From positions 63,149-127,148 of the forward strand of contig CALCDZ010000003.1 of the NCBI GenBank assembly GCA_937900255.1: a stretch of DNA of 64,000 nucleotides, given 5' to 3'. The stretch's first letter is position 1, and each line of letters begins with the position of its first letter. The stretch is from an uncultured bacterium (GTDB lineage: Bacteria; Patescibacteriota; Patescibacteriia; SG8-24; DYFX01). Shown here one piece after another: positions 29,135-42,200 of the stretch. The notes under the pieces are model-generated. The model did no database searches and was not told the origin of the DNA. It saw nothing but the letters and a program-made list of their open reading frames with translations. The translations under genes were made by a program, and so were the position numbers.

Positions 29135-30053
29135 GACGGCGCTCGTGACCGGCGGAGCCGGATTCATCGGGTCGCATCTGGTCGATCGGCTGGTCGAAGC
29201 CGGCTTCACCGTCGCCGTCGTCGATGACCTTACGAACGGGCGCCGCGAATACCTCAATCCCAAGGCGCATTTTTACGGCATCAGCGTGACGTCGCCGAAG
29301 CTCGGGGTCGTGTTCGCTGCCGAGAAGCCGGACGTCGTCTTCCACTTGGCGGCGCACATCGACGCGCGCGTCTCGGTCCGAGACTCGATCCATGATGCCG
29401 AGGTCAATATCCACGGTGCCTTGAAGGTACTTGAGCAGTGCATCAGGCACGGCGTGAAGAAGATCGTATTTTCCAGCTCCGGGGGCGCCATCTATCACGA
29501 CGCGAAGAAGCTCCCGACGCCCGAAACCGAAGCGCCCTCGCCGCTCACGCCCTACGGCGTCTCGAAGCTTGCGTTCGAGCACTACCTCCATGCGGCCTGG
29601 CATCACTTCAAGCTGCCGTACGTCGCCCTGCGCTACGCCAACGTCTACGGCCCGCGCCAGGACCAGAAAGGGGAGGGCGGCGTGGTCGGCGTCTTCTGCA
29701 AGATGCTGCTGGAAGGGAAGAAGCCCGCCGTCTACGGCGATGGAAAACAGACGCGCGATTTCGTCTACGTCGACGACGTCGTCGAAGCCAACCTGAAAGC
29801 GATGCGTTCCCCCAAGGTCGGCGTCTACCATATCGCCACCGGCAAGGAGACGAGCGTCGCCACGGTCGCTAAGCTGGCGGCGGAAGCCTTCGCCTGGACC
29901 AAGGGTTTCGGCAAAGGCCCCGCCACTCCCGGCGACGTGAAGCGCAGTCGTCTGGACGCCCGAAAGGCCAAGCGCGAGTTGGGTTGGAGCGCCAAGACCG
30001 GCTTCAAGGACGGTCTCAAGATGACGGCGGCCTGGTTCAAGACGAGACGCTGA
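29106..30053 (+). CDS. NAD-dependent epimerase/dehydratase (UDP-glucose 4-epimerase family)
   Basis: Rossmann VTGGAGFIGSHL, catalytic YGVSK; start 29106 or 29118 overlapping prfB 3' end. Confidence 0.8.
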   Translation: MPKKMKTKNKTALVTGGAGFIGSHLVDRLVEAGFTVAVVDDLTNGRREYLNPKAHFYGISVTSPKLGVVFAAEKPDVVFHLAAHIDARVSVRDSIHDAEVNIHGALKVLEQCIRHGVKKIVFSSSGGAIYHDAKKLPTPETEAPSPLTPYGVSKLAFEHYLHAAWHHFKLPYVALRYANVYGPRQDQKGEGGVVGVFCKMLLEGKKPAVYGDGKQTRDFVYVDDVVEANLKAMRSPKVGVYHIATGKETSVATVAKLAAEAFAWTKGFGKGPATPGDVKRSRLDARKAKRELGWSAKTGFKDGLKMTAAWFKTRR

Positions 30054-30054
30054 T

Positions 30055-30690
30055 ATGATCATCTTCAAGATCGATCCCAAGAAGCCCGATGCCGCGTCCT
30101 TGAAGAAGGCCACGGATGTCTTGAGGTCCGGCGGCCTGGTCGTCTATCCGACCGAGACGGCCTATGCGCTCGGCTGCGACCCGAAAAACGCCAAGGCCGT
30201 GAAGCGGCTTTTTTCCGTGAAGAAGCGGGATGCGGCGAAGCCCTTGGCGATGATCGCGTCCGCGCCGGCCATGGCCAAGCGTTTCCTGAAGCTTGATCGT
30301 TATGCGCGCATCCTGGCCGACGCTTTCTGGCCGGGTCCGCTCACGCTCGTCGCCAAGCCGTTCGTCCGGCTCGCGCCGGGGATCGCTTCCAAGCGGGGAG
30401 AGATCGCCCTGCGCGTCAGTCCGCACCCGGTGGCCGTGGCGCTTTCGAAAGCGCTCGGGCGTCCGATCGTCTCGACCTCGGCCAACCTCTCCGGCAAAGC
30501 CGGTTCCTTCGACGCCGCTTCCGCCCTGCGGGATCTTGGGACCTCGCCGGATCTCTTGATCGATGCCGGACCGCTCCCGCCCGCGCCCGTCTCGACCCTC
30601 GCCCGTTTCGCGGGCGGCGTCTGCGAAGTCCTGCGCGAAGGCGCCGTCACCGAAGAGGACCTGCACCGCGAACTGATGCGCCGCCTATGA
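30055..30690 (+). CDS. tsaC: L-threonylcarbamoyladenylate synthase, Sua5/YrdC/YciO family
   Basis: YrdC-fold signature …GGLVVYPTETAYALGCD…PIVSTSANLSG…; TGATATG stop-start overlap. Confidence 0.75.
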   Translation: MIIFKIDPKKPDAASLKKATDVLRSGGLVVYPTETAYALGCDPKNAKAVKRLFSVKKRDAAKPLAMIASAPAMAKRFLKLDRYARILADAFWPGPLTLVAKPFVRLAPGIASKRGEIALRVSPHPVAVALSKALGRPIVSTSANLSGKAGSFDAASALRDLGTSPDLLIDAGPLPPAPVSTLARFAGGVCEVLREGAVTEEDLHRELMRRL

Positions 30691-31847
30691 CCGCTTTCGG
30701 CGACGTCATGCAGCGCTTCTTGGCCACTCACGCCTCGAAGCAGATGAAGGGCTTGATGTCGGCCACCGCGCTCCTGGATTTCGCGCTTTCGGCGATCAGC
30801 CTGTTCGAACCGATCTATCTTTATACCCTTCACTGGTCGCTTTCGGCCATCTGCCTGTTCTATTTCGGCGTCTATGCGGCGGCATTCTTCCTGTTGCCGA
30901 TCGGCGCGCGCTATGCCGGACGCATCGGTTTCCAGCATTCCATCCTTTTCAGCTGCCCGTTCCTGATTTCCTACTACCTCTCCCTTTACGCCATCCCGAA
31001 GCACCCCGCGTTCATCGCGCTCGCCATCGTCTCGTACGGCCTGCAGAAATCCCTGTACTGGCCCGGTTTCGACGCCGAGATGGCCGCTTTCGGGCATGAT
31101 GGGGAACGTTGCCGCGAAATCTCCAACCTGACGAGCCTGACCTCCTTCGCCGCCATCCTCGGACCGACCTTCGGCGGCCTCATGGTCGGGGCGCTCGGGT
31201 TCCCGGCCGCGTTCGCCGTCATCGGGCTGCTGATGCTGCTCTCCAACATCCCGCTCCTCTCGATGCCGCAGGAGCGTTCGAGCGACGGCCTGCCGTACCT
31301 CGCGGCCATCCGTCGCGTCTTCGCCAAGGAACATCGACGGCTCACGCTGGCCCTTTCCGGCTTCGGCGAGGAGTTCGTGGCGCTCGTCATCTGGCCGGTC
31401 TTCATCTACGCGACGCTTCGAGGCTTCGCCGTCACCGGCCTGCTGGTCTCGATCTCCCTCCTGCTCTCGACCGTGGCCTTGCTGTTCATCGGGCGCCTGT
31501 CGGACCTGCAGAGCCGGCACGCCGTCCTGCGCACCGGATCGATCTTCACGGCCGTTTCCTGGGTCATCCGCCCGTTCCTGCTCGGCCCGGTCGGCCTCCT
31601 GGCCGGCGACTTCTTCTATCGCGTCTCGAGAGCCATGCTCGGCGTCCCGCTCGTGGCCCTGATGTACGAGCGTGCCGGGAAAGGGCCGTTGCTCGAACGC
31701 ACGGCGCTCTATGAGATGAGCATCTTCAGGGGCAAGGCGGTCATGATGCTCGTCGGCGCGGCGATCGCTTTCGCGCTGCCGGGGAACTTCGCCGTCTTCT
31801 TCGTCCTCGCGGCGCTCGCGTCGCTCCTGTACGGACGCCTTCCTTGA
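30687..31847 (+). CDS. MFS-type transporter (12 TM)
   Basis: Twelve hydrophobic segments, MFS-like loop GRLSD; 4-nt overlap with tsaC. Confidence 0.55.
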   Translation: MTAFGDVMQRFLATHASKQMKGLMSATALLDFALSAISLFEPIYLYTLHWSLSAICLFYFGVYAAAFFLLPIGARYAGRIGFQHSILFSCPFLISYYLSLYAIPKHPAFIALAIVSYGLQKSLYWPGFDAEMAAFGHDGERCREISNLTSLTSFAAILGPTFGGLMVGALGFPAAFAVIGLLMLLSNIPLLSMPQERSSDGLPYLAAIRRVFAKEHRRLTLALSGFGEEFVALVIWPVFIYATLRGFAVTGLLVSISLLLSTVALLFIGRLSDLQSRHAVLRTGSIFTAVSWVIRPFLLGPVGLLAGDFFYRVSRAMLGVPLVALMYERAGKGPLLERTALYEMSIFRGKAVMMLVGAAIAFALPGNFAVFFVLAALASLLYGRLP

Positions 31848-31848
31848 T

Positions 31849-32628
31849 ATGCCGACGCGACGCTATGGACAGCATTTCCTGACCGACCGGTCGATCGTCG
31901 CCAAGATCGCCGCCGGCGCGGGCGTCTCCAAGGACGACGCCGTGCTTGAAATCGGCCCAGGGCGCGGCATCCTGACGCGGGCGCTCGCGGAGACCGCCCG
32001 CAGGGTCCTGACGGTGGAGATCGACCGGCGGCTGCACGCGCTGCTCGTGGAGGACGGGCTTCCGGGCAACGTCGAACTCTTGCGGAGCGACGCCCTGGCG
32101 CTCGAACCCGCCGACCTCGCCGCCAAGCTCGGCACGGATTGGAAACTGGTCGCCAACCTTCCCTACGAGATCACCTCGAAGACGCTCGAAAAGTTCCTGC
32201 CGATGCGCTCGCGCACCGGAACCGGCCCGACGTCCATCACGCTGATGCTTCAGAAGGAGGTAGGGGAGCGCATCCTGGCCAAGCCGGGCGCGATGAACCG
32301 CCTGGCGCTCTTCTGTGGATATTATTCCGTGCCGGCGCGGCTTTTCTCCGTCGCGCGCGGGGCGTTTTCGCCGCCTCCGAACGTCGATTCCTGCGTCATA
32401 CGTCTGGACGTCAGGGAGGACGTCGCTTTGGATGGGGATGAAGAAGCCTTGTTTTTCAGGCTGATTGAGGCGGCTTTCTCCGAAAAACGCAAGCAGATCA
32501 AGAATACGATCGGAGGACTGCTCGGTCCGGCCGCTTCCGACCGCCTCGCCGCCGCCGGGCTTTCCCTGTCCGTCCGACCGGAGGAAATCAGCTTGAATCA
32601 GTGGGTAACCTTGGCGCATCGGATGTGA
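31849..32628 (+). CDS. rsmA: 16S rRNA (adenine1518/1519-N6)-dimethyltransferase
   Basis: YGQHFL…VLEIGPGRGILT…NLPYEI motifs. Confidence 0.9.
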   Translation: MPTRRYGQHFLTDRSIVAKIAAGAGVSKDDAVLEIGPGRGILTRALAETARRVLTVEIDRRLHALLVEDGLPGNVELLRSDALALEPADLAAKLGTDWKLVANLPYEITSKTLEKFLPMRSRTGTGPTSITLMLQKEVGERILAKPGAMNRLALFCGYYSVPARLFSVARGAFSPPPNVDSCVIRLDVREDVALDGDEEALFFRLIEAAFSEKRKQIKNTIGGLLGPAASDRLAAAGLSLSVRPEEISLNQWVTLAHRM

Positions 32629-32640
32629 TACCATGGGGGC

Positions 32641-33264
32641 ATGGCCGATGATCTGCAGATCACGGACGGGCAGCCCCAAGGACACCGCGCGGGGGCGTGG
32701 GTCGTTTTGATTATGGGCATCGCCGGGCTCGGCCTCGGGATCTATCAGTGGCAAGGTTCTTTCGCCTCGGCCTTCAAGCAGGTCGGCAGCGGATTCAAGA
32801 CGCCCGACCAGGTCGAGGCCGAACGGATCGCCGGGCTGAAGACCAAGGATACGGACGGGGATGGGCTCACCGATTACGAGGAGACCTACATCTACAAGAC
32901 CAGCCCGTACCTCAAGGACTCCGATTCGGATGGCGTGGATGACAGGACGGAAGTCGAAAAGGGCAGCGACCCGAATTGCACGAAAGAATCGTGCGGCTCC
33001 GGCATCGCTTCGGCCGGGTCGGTCGGGACATCCGGAACGGGCACATCCATCAGCTCCGCTACGGGCACCGATGGTGCGGCGCAGCTCCAGGCGGACGTGG
33101 CGGACCAGCTCCTGAACCCGACGCCCGACCAGATCCGCACGCTGCTCATCCAGGCCGGCGCGAAGAGCGAGGACCTCAAAGGCATCGACGACGCCACGCT
33201 TCTCGACCTGTACCGCCAGTCCCTCGCCGAGGTCCAGCGCAAGTCATCGACGACCACTCCCTGA
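32641..33264 (+). CDS. membrane-anchored protein with thrombospondin-type-3-like Ca-binding motifs
   Basis: TM helix WVVLIMGIAGLGLGIY; DTDGDGLTDYEE and DSDSDGVDDRTE motifs; first gene of the T4SS-like cluster. Confidence 0.55.
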   Translation: MADDLQITDGQPQGHRAGAWVVLIMGIAGLGLGIYQWQGSFASAFKQVGSGFKTPDQVEAERIAGLKTKDTDGDGLTDYEETYIYKTSPYLKDSDSDGVDDRTEVEKGSDPNCTKESCGSGIASAGSVGTSGTGTSISSATGTDGAAQLQADVADQLLNPTPDQIRTLLIQAGAKSEDLKGIDDATLLDLYRQSLAEVQRKSSTTTP

Positions 33265-33273
33265 CCCCCACCT

Positions 33274-36200
33274 ATGCGCGAAAGGCCATCCGGACGGAAA
33301 ACACGCTCGCTCGCCGCCCCGCTTCTCGCGATCCTCGTCGCGACCGGCGTTTTCGGTTCAGGAATCGTCGCCCCGAGTCCTGCGCAGGCCCAGCTCATCG
33401 TCAGTGACCCTGGTGCCACCGCCGCCGGAACCGTCTCTGCCGCCGCCAACACCACCACCGCTTCCGCGCAGGTCAAGCAAAGCGCCTGGGACGTCCTGAA
33501 GATCGCTCTCACCAACACGGCCGAACTGGCCATCCTGAACGGTGCCAACTATTTCGCGCAGAAAGTCGCCTACGACACGGCCAACTACGTCGCTTCGGGC
33601 GGCAACGGCCAGACGCCGTTCTTCCACACCGAAGGCGTTCTCGATTATCTCGGCAGCACGGCCAAGGACGCCGCCGCCGACGTCCTCGGCACCCTGAGCA
33701 AGGACCCGAACACTTTCGGGAAATACGGCTTCAACCTGTGCGCCCCGAGCGATCCGCACGTCAGCCTCATCATCAAGACCGGATTCCTGAACGGCTTGCC
33801 CGGACTGTTGGGCGGCTCGACCGGAGGGCCGAAACCTTCCTGCAGCTGGGATACGATTTCGCGCAACTGGGACCAGTTCTCCCACCTCGATTCGGACACG
33901 GTGCTGAACAACGTCGGGGTGATGTTCACGCCCGGCCAGAGCTCGCTTTCGGCCGCCATCCAGGTGAACAACGCCGCGCTCGCGGAAATCAGCAAGAAGC
34001 AGGAGGCCGCCGTCAACGATTTCGTCGCCAACAACGGGTTCATCAGCAAAGTCTCCAAGATCGGCGGCAAGGTCCTGACCCCGGCCGATACCATCAAGAC
34101 CCAACTGAACCTTTCCCTCGAAAACGGCTGGAAGCAAGGGGACCAGACGGTCGCGATCAGCAACGGCGCGTTCGGTAACGCGGCCTTCGGCATCCTGCCG
34201 GCCGCTCTCCATACCTTCACGAACACCCTGGCGGAATCGATGATGAAGAAGGTGTTCGACAGGGGCCTGATCACGCTCAACGACATCCTCGGCAATAACA
34301 AGGGCGATACGGCGCTGACGTTCGATGGCGGTTCGTCTCCCGGAGGCAGGGCGTCGGCCGAGCTTTCGAACGCCTCGCTCCTGACCCCGAAGATCCTTTC
34401 GATCACCAACTATAACGCCCTGACCGATTTCGCCGCCTGCCCCGCCGGAAGCCAGCGCGGACCGGACAACTGCGTCATGGACGGACAGTTCTTCACGGCG
34501 GTCAACCGCGCGTCGCAGGGGTCGCCTCTGACCGTGCGCCAGGCAGTGGCGCAGGGGCTCTTGAAGGCGAACTGGCCGCTCCTTCCGCTGGCGCACGGGA
34601 AGAACCACGAATCGACCTGCTACAACGAGGCGTTCTGCTACAGCAACCTGGTCAAGCTCCGCAAGGCCAGCGTCCTTCCGATCGGCTGGGAACTCGCCGC
34701 CAATTCGCCCTTCAACGACGTCAGCCGGCCGATCACGCTCGCGGAAGCCATGAATCGCTTCGACGACTGTCCCACCAAGCCGGATGGCAGCGTCGACGCC
34801 TCCAAGCTGCCCGACCCCTTGCATCCCTGGTGTCACTTGATCGATCCGGAGTGGGTGCTGAAATATCCCGTCCAGATCTGCCGGCAACAGGCGCCCGGTC
34901 CGACCCTCGTGTCTTCGGAATCCCCGGCGCGCGCCCTCACTTGCGTCGATCAAGCCACGTGCATCGCCCAGGACGCTGCAGGCAACTGCGTCGGCGGCTA
35001 CGGCTATTGCGTGCGCGAGAAGAACGTCTGGAACCTGGACGCCGACGCCTGCCCGGCCGCCTACGCCAGCTGCACCACCTTCCGCCGCGCCGACGGGGCG
35101 TCGGCCTCGTACCTGTCCACCACGCTCGACAGCGGTTCGTGCAACGGACAGAACGCCGGATGCCGCCAATACAGCCAGTCGCAGAACGCCGTCCCGAACG
35201 GCGGGTTTGAGGATCTCCTGGACGGGAAAGCGCGCGATTGGACGCTCTCTCCGGGCGCCCGTCTGAGCCGCTCCGGCCTCCTGGCCGAACGCGGATTGGA
35301 CGCCGTCGGGCTCGCGAACGGTGCCGTCGCCAGCGTCGTGATCCCTTCGCTGCAGCCGTCTTCGCCATACGTGCTCTCCGCCTCCGTGCTCCAGGAGTTC
35401 GAGGCGTCCGCCCCGGTCGGCACGGTCACGCTGAAGCTGTTCCGCGCCGACGGCAGCCCTGTTTCGGCGACGGACCTCAAGACCACCTGCACGTACCGCC
35501 AAGGAGACCCCTCCGTCTCTTTGGACATTTCCGCCACGCACCTCGGCTACCTGTCCGGTTCCTGTTCGATCACGCTTCCGAACGACGCCGCGTCCGGAAA
35601 GATCGAGCTGAGCAGCACCACCGCCCAGTCCGGCAATCGCGCCTGGTTCGACGACGTCGGCTTGTACGGCGCTTCGTTCTCGGCTTCGCCGTATGACAGC
35701 CTTCTCCTGAACGGCAAGGTGCAGAAGTGCGCCTCCGACCAGGCCGGGTGCACGGACCTTGTCCGTATGTCGACCGGCACGCTCAACCTGGTGCGCGACC
35801 CGAGTTTCGAGACGCCGGACTCTTCCGGCAACCCCAAATACTGGAGCGTCCCGACCCCCGGCACGTATGAGAAGGGGACGTTCAAGGGCTTCGACGGCGT
35901 TTCCGCCATGCGTCTCGACGCGAACGGCGTAAGCCAGGACGTCACCGGGGTCTTGGCGTCCGCTTCGTACGTCTTCTCGGCCTATACCAAGCTTGGCGGG
36001 GCGGTTTCCGGCAATCCGCGGGCCCTCGTCCAGCTGTACGATACCAGCACTCCGCCTGCTCCGGTCGCTCCCACGTCCGTCACCGGCTGCCAGGTTTCCG
36101 GTACCGGCATCCGCCTCGACTTGGCGGCCGGTTCGGATTACCGGCGCGCCGCCTGCGCTTTCACGACGCCGACGGATGTCGGATACGCGCGCGTCACGCT

Positions 36201-39200
36201 CATCGCCGATAACGGCAGTTCCGCGCTGGTCGACGCCGTGCAGCTGGAGCTCTCCGTCGAACCGACCGGGTATCACGAGGCGTATCCTTCGACGGCCCAG
36301 CACGTCTACCTGAAGACCATGCCGGAGGGATTGGACTGCGCCGGTCCCGACCGCGCTCCCGAGTGCGCCAACTACGCTCCGTCGTGCCGCCGCGAAGAAG
36401 TCGGATGCGACTCCTATAAGCCGGACGACGGCGGCATCGCCATCCCTGCCGTGACGACCGCAGGCGACGCCTGCCCGACGGAGTGCGTCGGATACGATAC
36501 GTTCAAGGAAGAACCGTCGAACTTCAACGACCCTCGCTTCCCGCTGTTCCTCGTGCCGTCCACCGCGCAGAGCTGTTCGGCGGCCGAAGCCGGATGTTCC
36601 GAGTTCACGAACGTCCAGAAGCTCGCGAACGGGGGAGAGTCGAGGGAGGATTTCAGCTACCTGCGCCTGTGCGCCAAGCCGGACCAGAACGCCGGCACTT
36701 TCTACACCTGGGAAGGCAACGACTCGAAGGGGTATCAGCTCCGGACATGGACGCTCCTCAAGAGCCGCATCGCTTCGTCGCCCGTCGGGGGCTCCGACCC
36801 CACCGGCGGCAACGCGCCGTGCACCAAGCTCGCGTACGACAACGCCGGCCGCCCGGCCTGCGCCGATGATGCCGCAAGCGTCGCCGCCGCCTCCTGCCTC
36901 AAATCCGACCTGCTCGCCAATCCGGATTGCCGCGAATTCTACGACGCGGCCGGCGACATCCATTACCGCCTCTACTCCAAGACGGTCGTCGTGAGCGACG
37001 CCTGCACCGAGTATCGCATCACCAAGAGCACGGAAACGGAATGCGGCGCGCATGGCGGGTCTTGGCGCAATCAGGAATGCCATTACTTCGCGTACGCTCC
37101 GGAAAGCCAGAGCTGCCGCGCCGCGGCGGTCGGCTGCCGCGCCTATTCCGGGAACGCTTCGCGCAACGTGCGCGTCGCCCTCGCCGCCGATTTCGAATCC
37201 GGCACCACCGGCGGATGGGTTTCCGCGCCGGGCGGCGGGGCCACGACGGACGTCGCGAACAGCAACGAATCCGTGGCCGCCGGCGGCCACTCCCTCAAGG
37301 TCAGCCGCGCCACCGTCACGAAGGACGTCTCCTCCATCGTCAAGAAAGGGAAGTCCTACCTGCTGACCTTCTGGGCGAAGGGCACCGGCGACCTGACGAT
37401 CGCGTTCAGCTCCGCCGGCGACCGGGCATTCACGTTCAATCGCGTGACGGGGCAGCCCGCGCCCGTCGCGCTCGGCACCGAATGGAAGCCGTACCAGGTC
37501 GGCCCGGTTTCGGCGGTCAATGCTGCGGCGTTCTCCGCCGCCGGGGCCGCCGGAAACGAGCAATTGACGGTCTCGCGTTCCGGGTCCGGTTCGCCGCTCT
37601 TCTATCTCGACAACATCGAGCTGCGCGAAGTGACCGATGACCTGTACCTCATCCGGGACAGCTGGCAGACCCCGGCTTCCTGCGACCGGACGCCGTCGGG
37701 GGATTCTTCCCCGCAGTACATGCTCGGGTGCCGGGGCTATCGCGATCGCTCCTCCCGGAGCGTCGCCCTCAAATCCTTCGATCGCATCTGCCGTCCGGAA
37801 GCGGTCGGCTGCGAAGCGATGTATGATACGCGCCACACCGCCTCTCCTTTCCCTCAGACGTTCGGGGCGGTCTGTTCGCTCGGCGCGGCCTGCGCGCCCT
37901 CTGCCGGGGCCGTGACTTGCCCGTGCAAGATCGCCGGCCAGACGGTCTGCGAGGCGGCTTCCGGCGCGTCCACCTGCCGTTATGACATCGATGATTCCGT
38001 GCCCGCTTCGCGCGTCAGCCCTTCGGGCGACACGGTCCGCATCCCGGCCGACGGCGTCACCTATCTCGTGAACGACGCCCGGTACGCCTGCACGTCGGAC
38101 AACGTCGGCTGCACGATGATGGGGGACAAGACCTTGAACCGCGAGCGTACGGCGGTCCAGGGCTGGAAGACCGTCTACTTCAAGAACGATCCGGCCACGT
38201 ACGCCGACACCCTCTGCAGGAAGACCGAAGAATACTGCCAGGCATACACCAGGGGAGCGGACGGGTCTTCGGCCTATTTCAAGGATCCGGAGCTCCGTAC
38301 CTGCGAGTTCAAGGAGAACGTCGCCGGTTATTCCGGTTGGTTCAAGACCGGGACGAGCGACCCGTGCTACGCGGATTATCTGCAAGCCGGCACCCAGTAC
38401 GGAATCTGGAAGAACTCGGACGCCCCGTACGCCGCCTGGGCCGGCCAGTGCGAACCCCAATACGACCAGTGCAAGGAGTTCGTCGATCCCCAGGACACCA
38501 GCACGCTGCACCCGAACGGCCAGCCGTACTACGCCATCAAGAACGCGCGTCTCGACAGCTCCTCCTGCCAGAACCGCGCCAGCCTGACCAAGTCGCCTTC
38601 GGGAGCCGACAGCGCTTCCGCCTGCGTGCTCTTCTGGCAGACCGACGACCTTCTCAAGACGTTCGATGCCGCCGCCACCTACCAGGCTTCCGACGCCCAG
38701 CGCGGCGGGCTCGTCAGCGCCGTGAGCAGCGACCGCAATGACGCCAACGTCGTCCTGAAGGTGGCACGCGACCGCCAATGCGGCGAATGGCTCGATTGCC
38801 GTTCGAGCGAAACCGTCTTCAATCAGACGTCAGGGCAGTACCAGAACGTCTGCACGTCTTTCGGGCTGTGCGCCCAATATGAACGCGTCGGCAACACGAC
38901 CCGCTGCGTACGTTACGTGGACAGCGCCTACACGGGACAGACCCTCAGCACCAAGATTTATCAGGCGCGTGATACCGGCTGGAAGGGGCTTGAATACACC
39001 AGCTACGCCATCCCGAACCAGTATCCGGTCAACGAGCTCGTGACGATGGACGTGAGTTCCGGCACGCGTTCTTCCAAGCCGGACCTCCGTCTCGTGCGCG
39101 TCAGGGGCGCCTGCGCCGGAGCGTATGGCTCCGCATGCGGACCCTCGGACGATCCAGGCACCTGCCTTGGTCCCTCGAACGCCAGGAAGTGCGTCTATCC

Positions 39201-42200
39201 GATCGACGACGGCCTGAAGGTCACTGCCGAGAGCCAGCTGAAGCAGTCTCAGGCCGCAGCCGGCTACCCCGGTACGTCGTGCCGCGCGTACCCTTCAGAA
39301 AACGCCCCGTTCCCTTCGACGGTCGCCGACCCTTCCGGTTGGAATCTTCAGGCCGCGAGCATGAACAACGGCAATCCGGTGCTGATCGGCCCTTCTCCGG
39401 CCTTCGCCGCCGCCAACGTCTGCCAACGCCGCCTCGTGAACGGCGTCGAGGTCTCCAGTTGCGAATGCAACTACACGATCGCCAAGTACGGTTCCACCAC
39501 CAAGTATTTCCCGTCAGGCAGTTCCGACATCCCGACGGGCTACTGCGGCTCCGGCGCCTATGAAGGATACGAATGCGACCCGCTGGCCTCCGGTGTCCGC
39601 GCGCCGAGCAACCTGTCCTGCTGCAGCAAGAGCACGAACGGCAACGCGTTCGGCGGCCTCCTGAACGGCGGCACTGGCGGCTGTGACGACGGCGCGCAGT
39701 GCATCCGTCTCTCCAAGGTCGATCGCGTGGTCGGTTATGAAGGCCAGTGCCTCGAACGCGATTTCACGACCCCGGTGAACGGGCTCAACAACGAGTATGC
39801 CTGCTTGACCTGGCGCCCGGTCGGCCTGGTCGGCGGCTCGCGCGACATCTACAACCAGAACCAGACGGCCGGCTACTTCGCCGCGGCCGACCGCCGCTTC
39901 TATTGCGTAGGCAGCCAGCCGGCCTGGTCGCTGGACTTCCACATCAACACGAACGAGGACCGGGACCAGACCGACAATCATGACCTGTACTACCAGTACA
40001 AGGGCGTAGGCCCGTACGACCAGTACACCAACAGCTACTTCGGGCACGGTACCGTCACGAACATCGGGACCCACTCGGCTTCCCAACATCACGATTGCGG
40101 AGATGATACGCCGAACGGCGGTTGGTGCGTCTGGCCGACCGATTCCCGTCTCCAGCTGAAAGAGCAACGGGACGGGAATGGGAACGTGGTCACTTGCACC
40201 GGCAACTCGGATTGCGATACCGGCAACAAGTATTGGTGCAGTTCCCAAGACCCGTACAAGAACACCTGCGTGAAAGGGGACACGGGCAGCGCGTCGCAGG
40301 ATCAGTTCAAGGACTACACGTTCGACAACAATGCCGTGGGCGTCCTCGGCTGCTATGAGATCCGCGCGGGCGGTACGCCTGAGACGAACTACATCGATTA
40401 CCCGTATATCGGCCCCCCGCTCTACCGTCAGCAGCTCCAGAGCATCTACTTCCAGGTGAACCGGAGCATCTATCACAACTTTTCCGATACGGATCTGGCC
40501 GCGGCGACCAACCCGCACCAGCAGGTCAATCAGAACTGCAGCGATGCCGACGACCCGTCCATCGCCAGCAACGCCGACAACGATCATGCCGACCAGAACC
40601 CGACCACCAAGGACGTCACCCGCTTGAAGTTCAAGAACGGACAGCCTGAGCGCAAGGACGGCCTCCTGATCCCGGCGAACAATGCCGATCACGGGCTGAA
40701 CATCTACTACCTGGACGAGAGCAACGGCTTCAAGGTCGATGCCTCAAGCGGCAACGGCATCCTGCTGTTCACCGGCAACTTCGACTCGAACGGGAAGCTT
40801 TCCTCGATCCGCATCGGCGCGGCCAACCCCAACGGGCACGGCGGGTCCGACGACGACCGCCACGTCTCCTTCGGCATCCATGCCATGGGCTTCGTCTTCA
40901 AGCCCGGCTGTTCCGAGATCGCCCAGGTGGACCAGGACGGGGAGTTCGGCGCCACCCAGGCCTTCACGAACGCCATCAATCCGGCACGCAATTTCAATCC
41001 GTCCGCCGGAGGCGGGCTGCATGCCGACGTGCTCGTGAACGGGGACCCCAACCCGGCCGCCAACAGCATGCTGGCCGACTACACGAACGCCTGCACGCCC
41101 TTCGGCGCCATCGGGTCGATCTCCCAGCCGCCGCCGGCGACGCCATGGACCTACGTGACATCGCGCTTGTCCAACGACGTCAACCAGTGCACCGTCTCGG
41201 ATTTCACCAAGGGTAACACGTACGAACCTCAAGCGCCGGAAACGCTCGCCGCCAATCCGCCCGTGGACTCTTCCGGGGTGCAGCTGGTCCCGCCTTCTTC
41301 CTGGGCGTCGAGCAGCTTGCGCAACCTCTTCCGCAAGATCTACGACGTCTGGTCGTACCAGCCGCTCGACCTCGAAGCGCGCGGAGGCACGTATCAGCGC
41401 GTCGCGGCCAACAACCCGACCGGCGACCCGGCGGGGAAGGGGGCGTATGACGAGACCGGGCAAGTCGACCCGAACGGCCTGGCGTTCCGCACCGGACTCG
41501 GAAGCTACCTTTCCAACCTGGCTTGGAACGCGCCGAGGATCGCCGCCGTCGACGTCAACGCCTGCGACGGCAACGGCCGCTGCAAGGCCGGCAAGCTGGA
41601 CAGCCTGACCGTCAACGGGCGGGACAGGGGGGTCATCATCGGGGCGGATGGGGCGATGTCCGTGACGGCCAAGTTCTTCGCCTGGGCCTCGCATAACTCG
41701 ATGCCGATCGTGAAGCGCGCCGTGCTCTGGGGAGACTTGGCGTCGGCCGAACCGCCCGCCAAGGGCTGGTATAAGAACCAGAAGCCCGTCTGCTCACCGG
41801 ACGTCTCCGACGCGAACGCCGTCGGCGAATGCGCCAACACTCCGGGACTCACCTGCGGCGCGGATGGCGATTGCCCGAACGGGGATCGCTGCGTCAAGGG
41901 CGCCAACAACTTCGGGAATACGCCCGGCGCCTGCAATGCCGCCCCGTACCGGTTCGACCATGTCTACACCTGCTCCTTGGGCGACCTGCAGTCCATGCCG
42001 CTTTGCACGGGTTCGTCCGAGTCGGCGGATAACGCCCCTTGTTACCGGCTCGTCAATGCGGCACCGGTCTGCGTCTACCGTCCGAAGGTCCAGATCACGG
42101 ACAACTGGGGTTGGTGCAACTGCACCGGTTCCGGCTGCAAGGCCTCCGGCGGCGCGTATCAGGACGGATGCGGCGTGAGCGCCCCTCCCTCCGACGCGAA

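Noticed and set aside
33358-38778. 1806-aa ORF on the minus strand antisense to the giant gene (and similar long antisense ORFs at 25174..27414, 6131..8020, 57833..59899, 21220..22395, 27590..29263)
   Set aside because: Typical stop-codon-poor antisense frames of high-GC coding DNA. Translations are Arg/Gly/Ala/Asp-rich low-complexity with no motifs. The sense strand carries well-supported genes (groEL, argS, recG, prfB, etc.).
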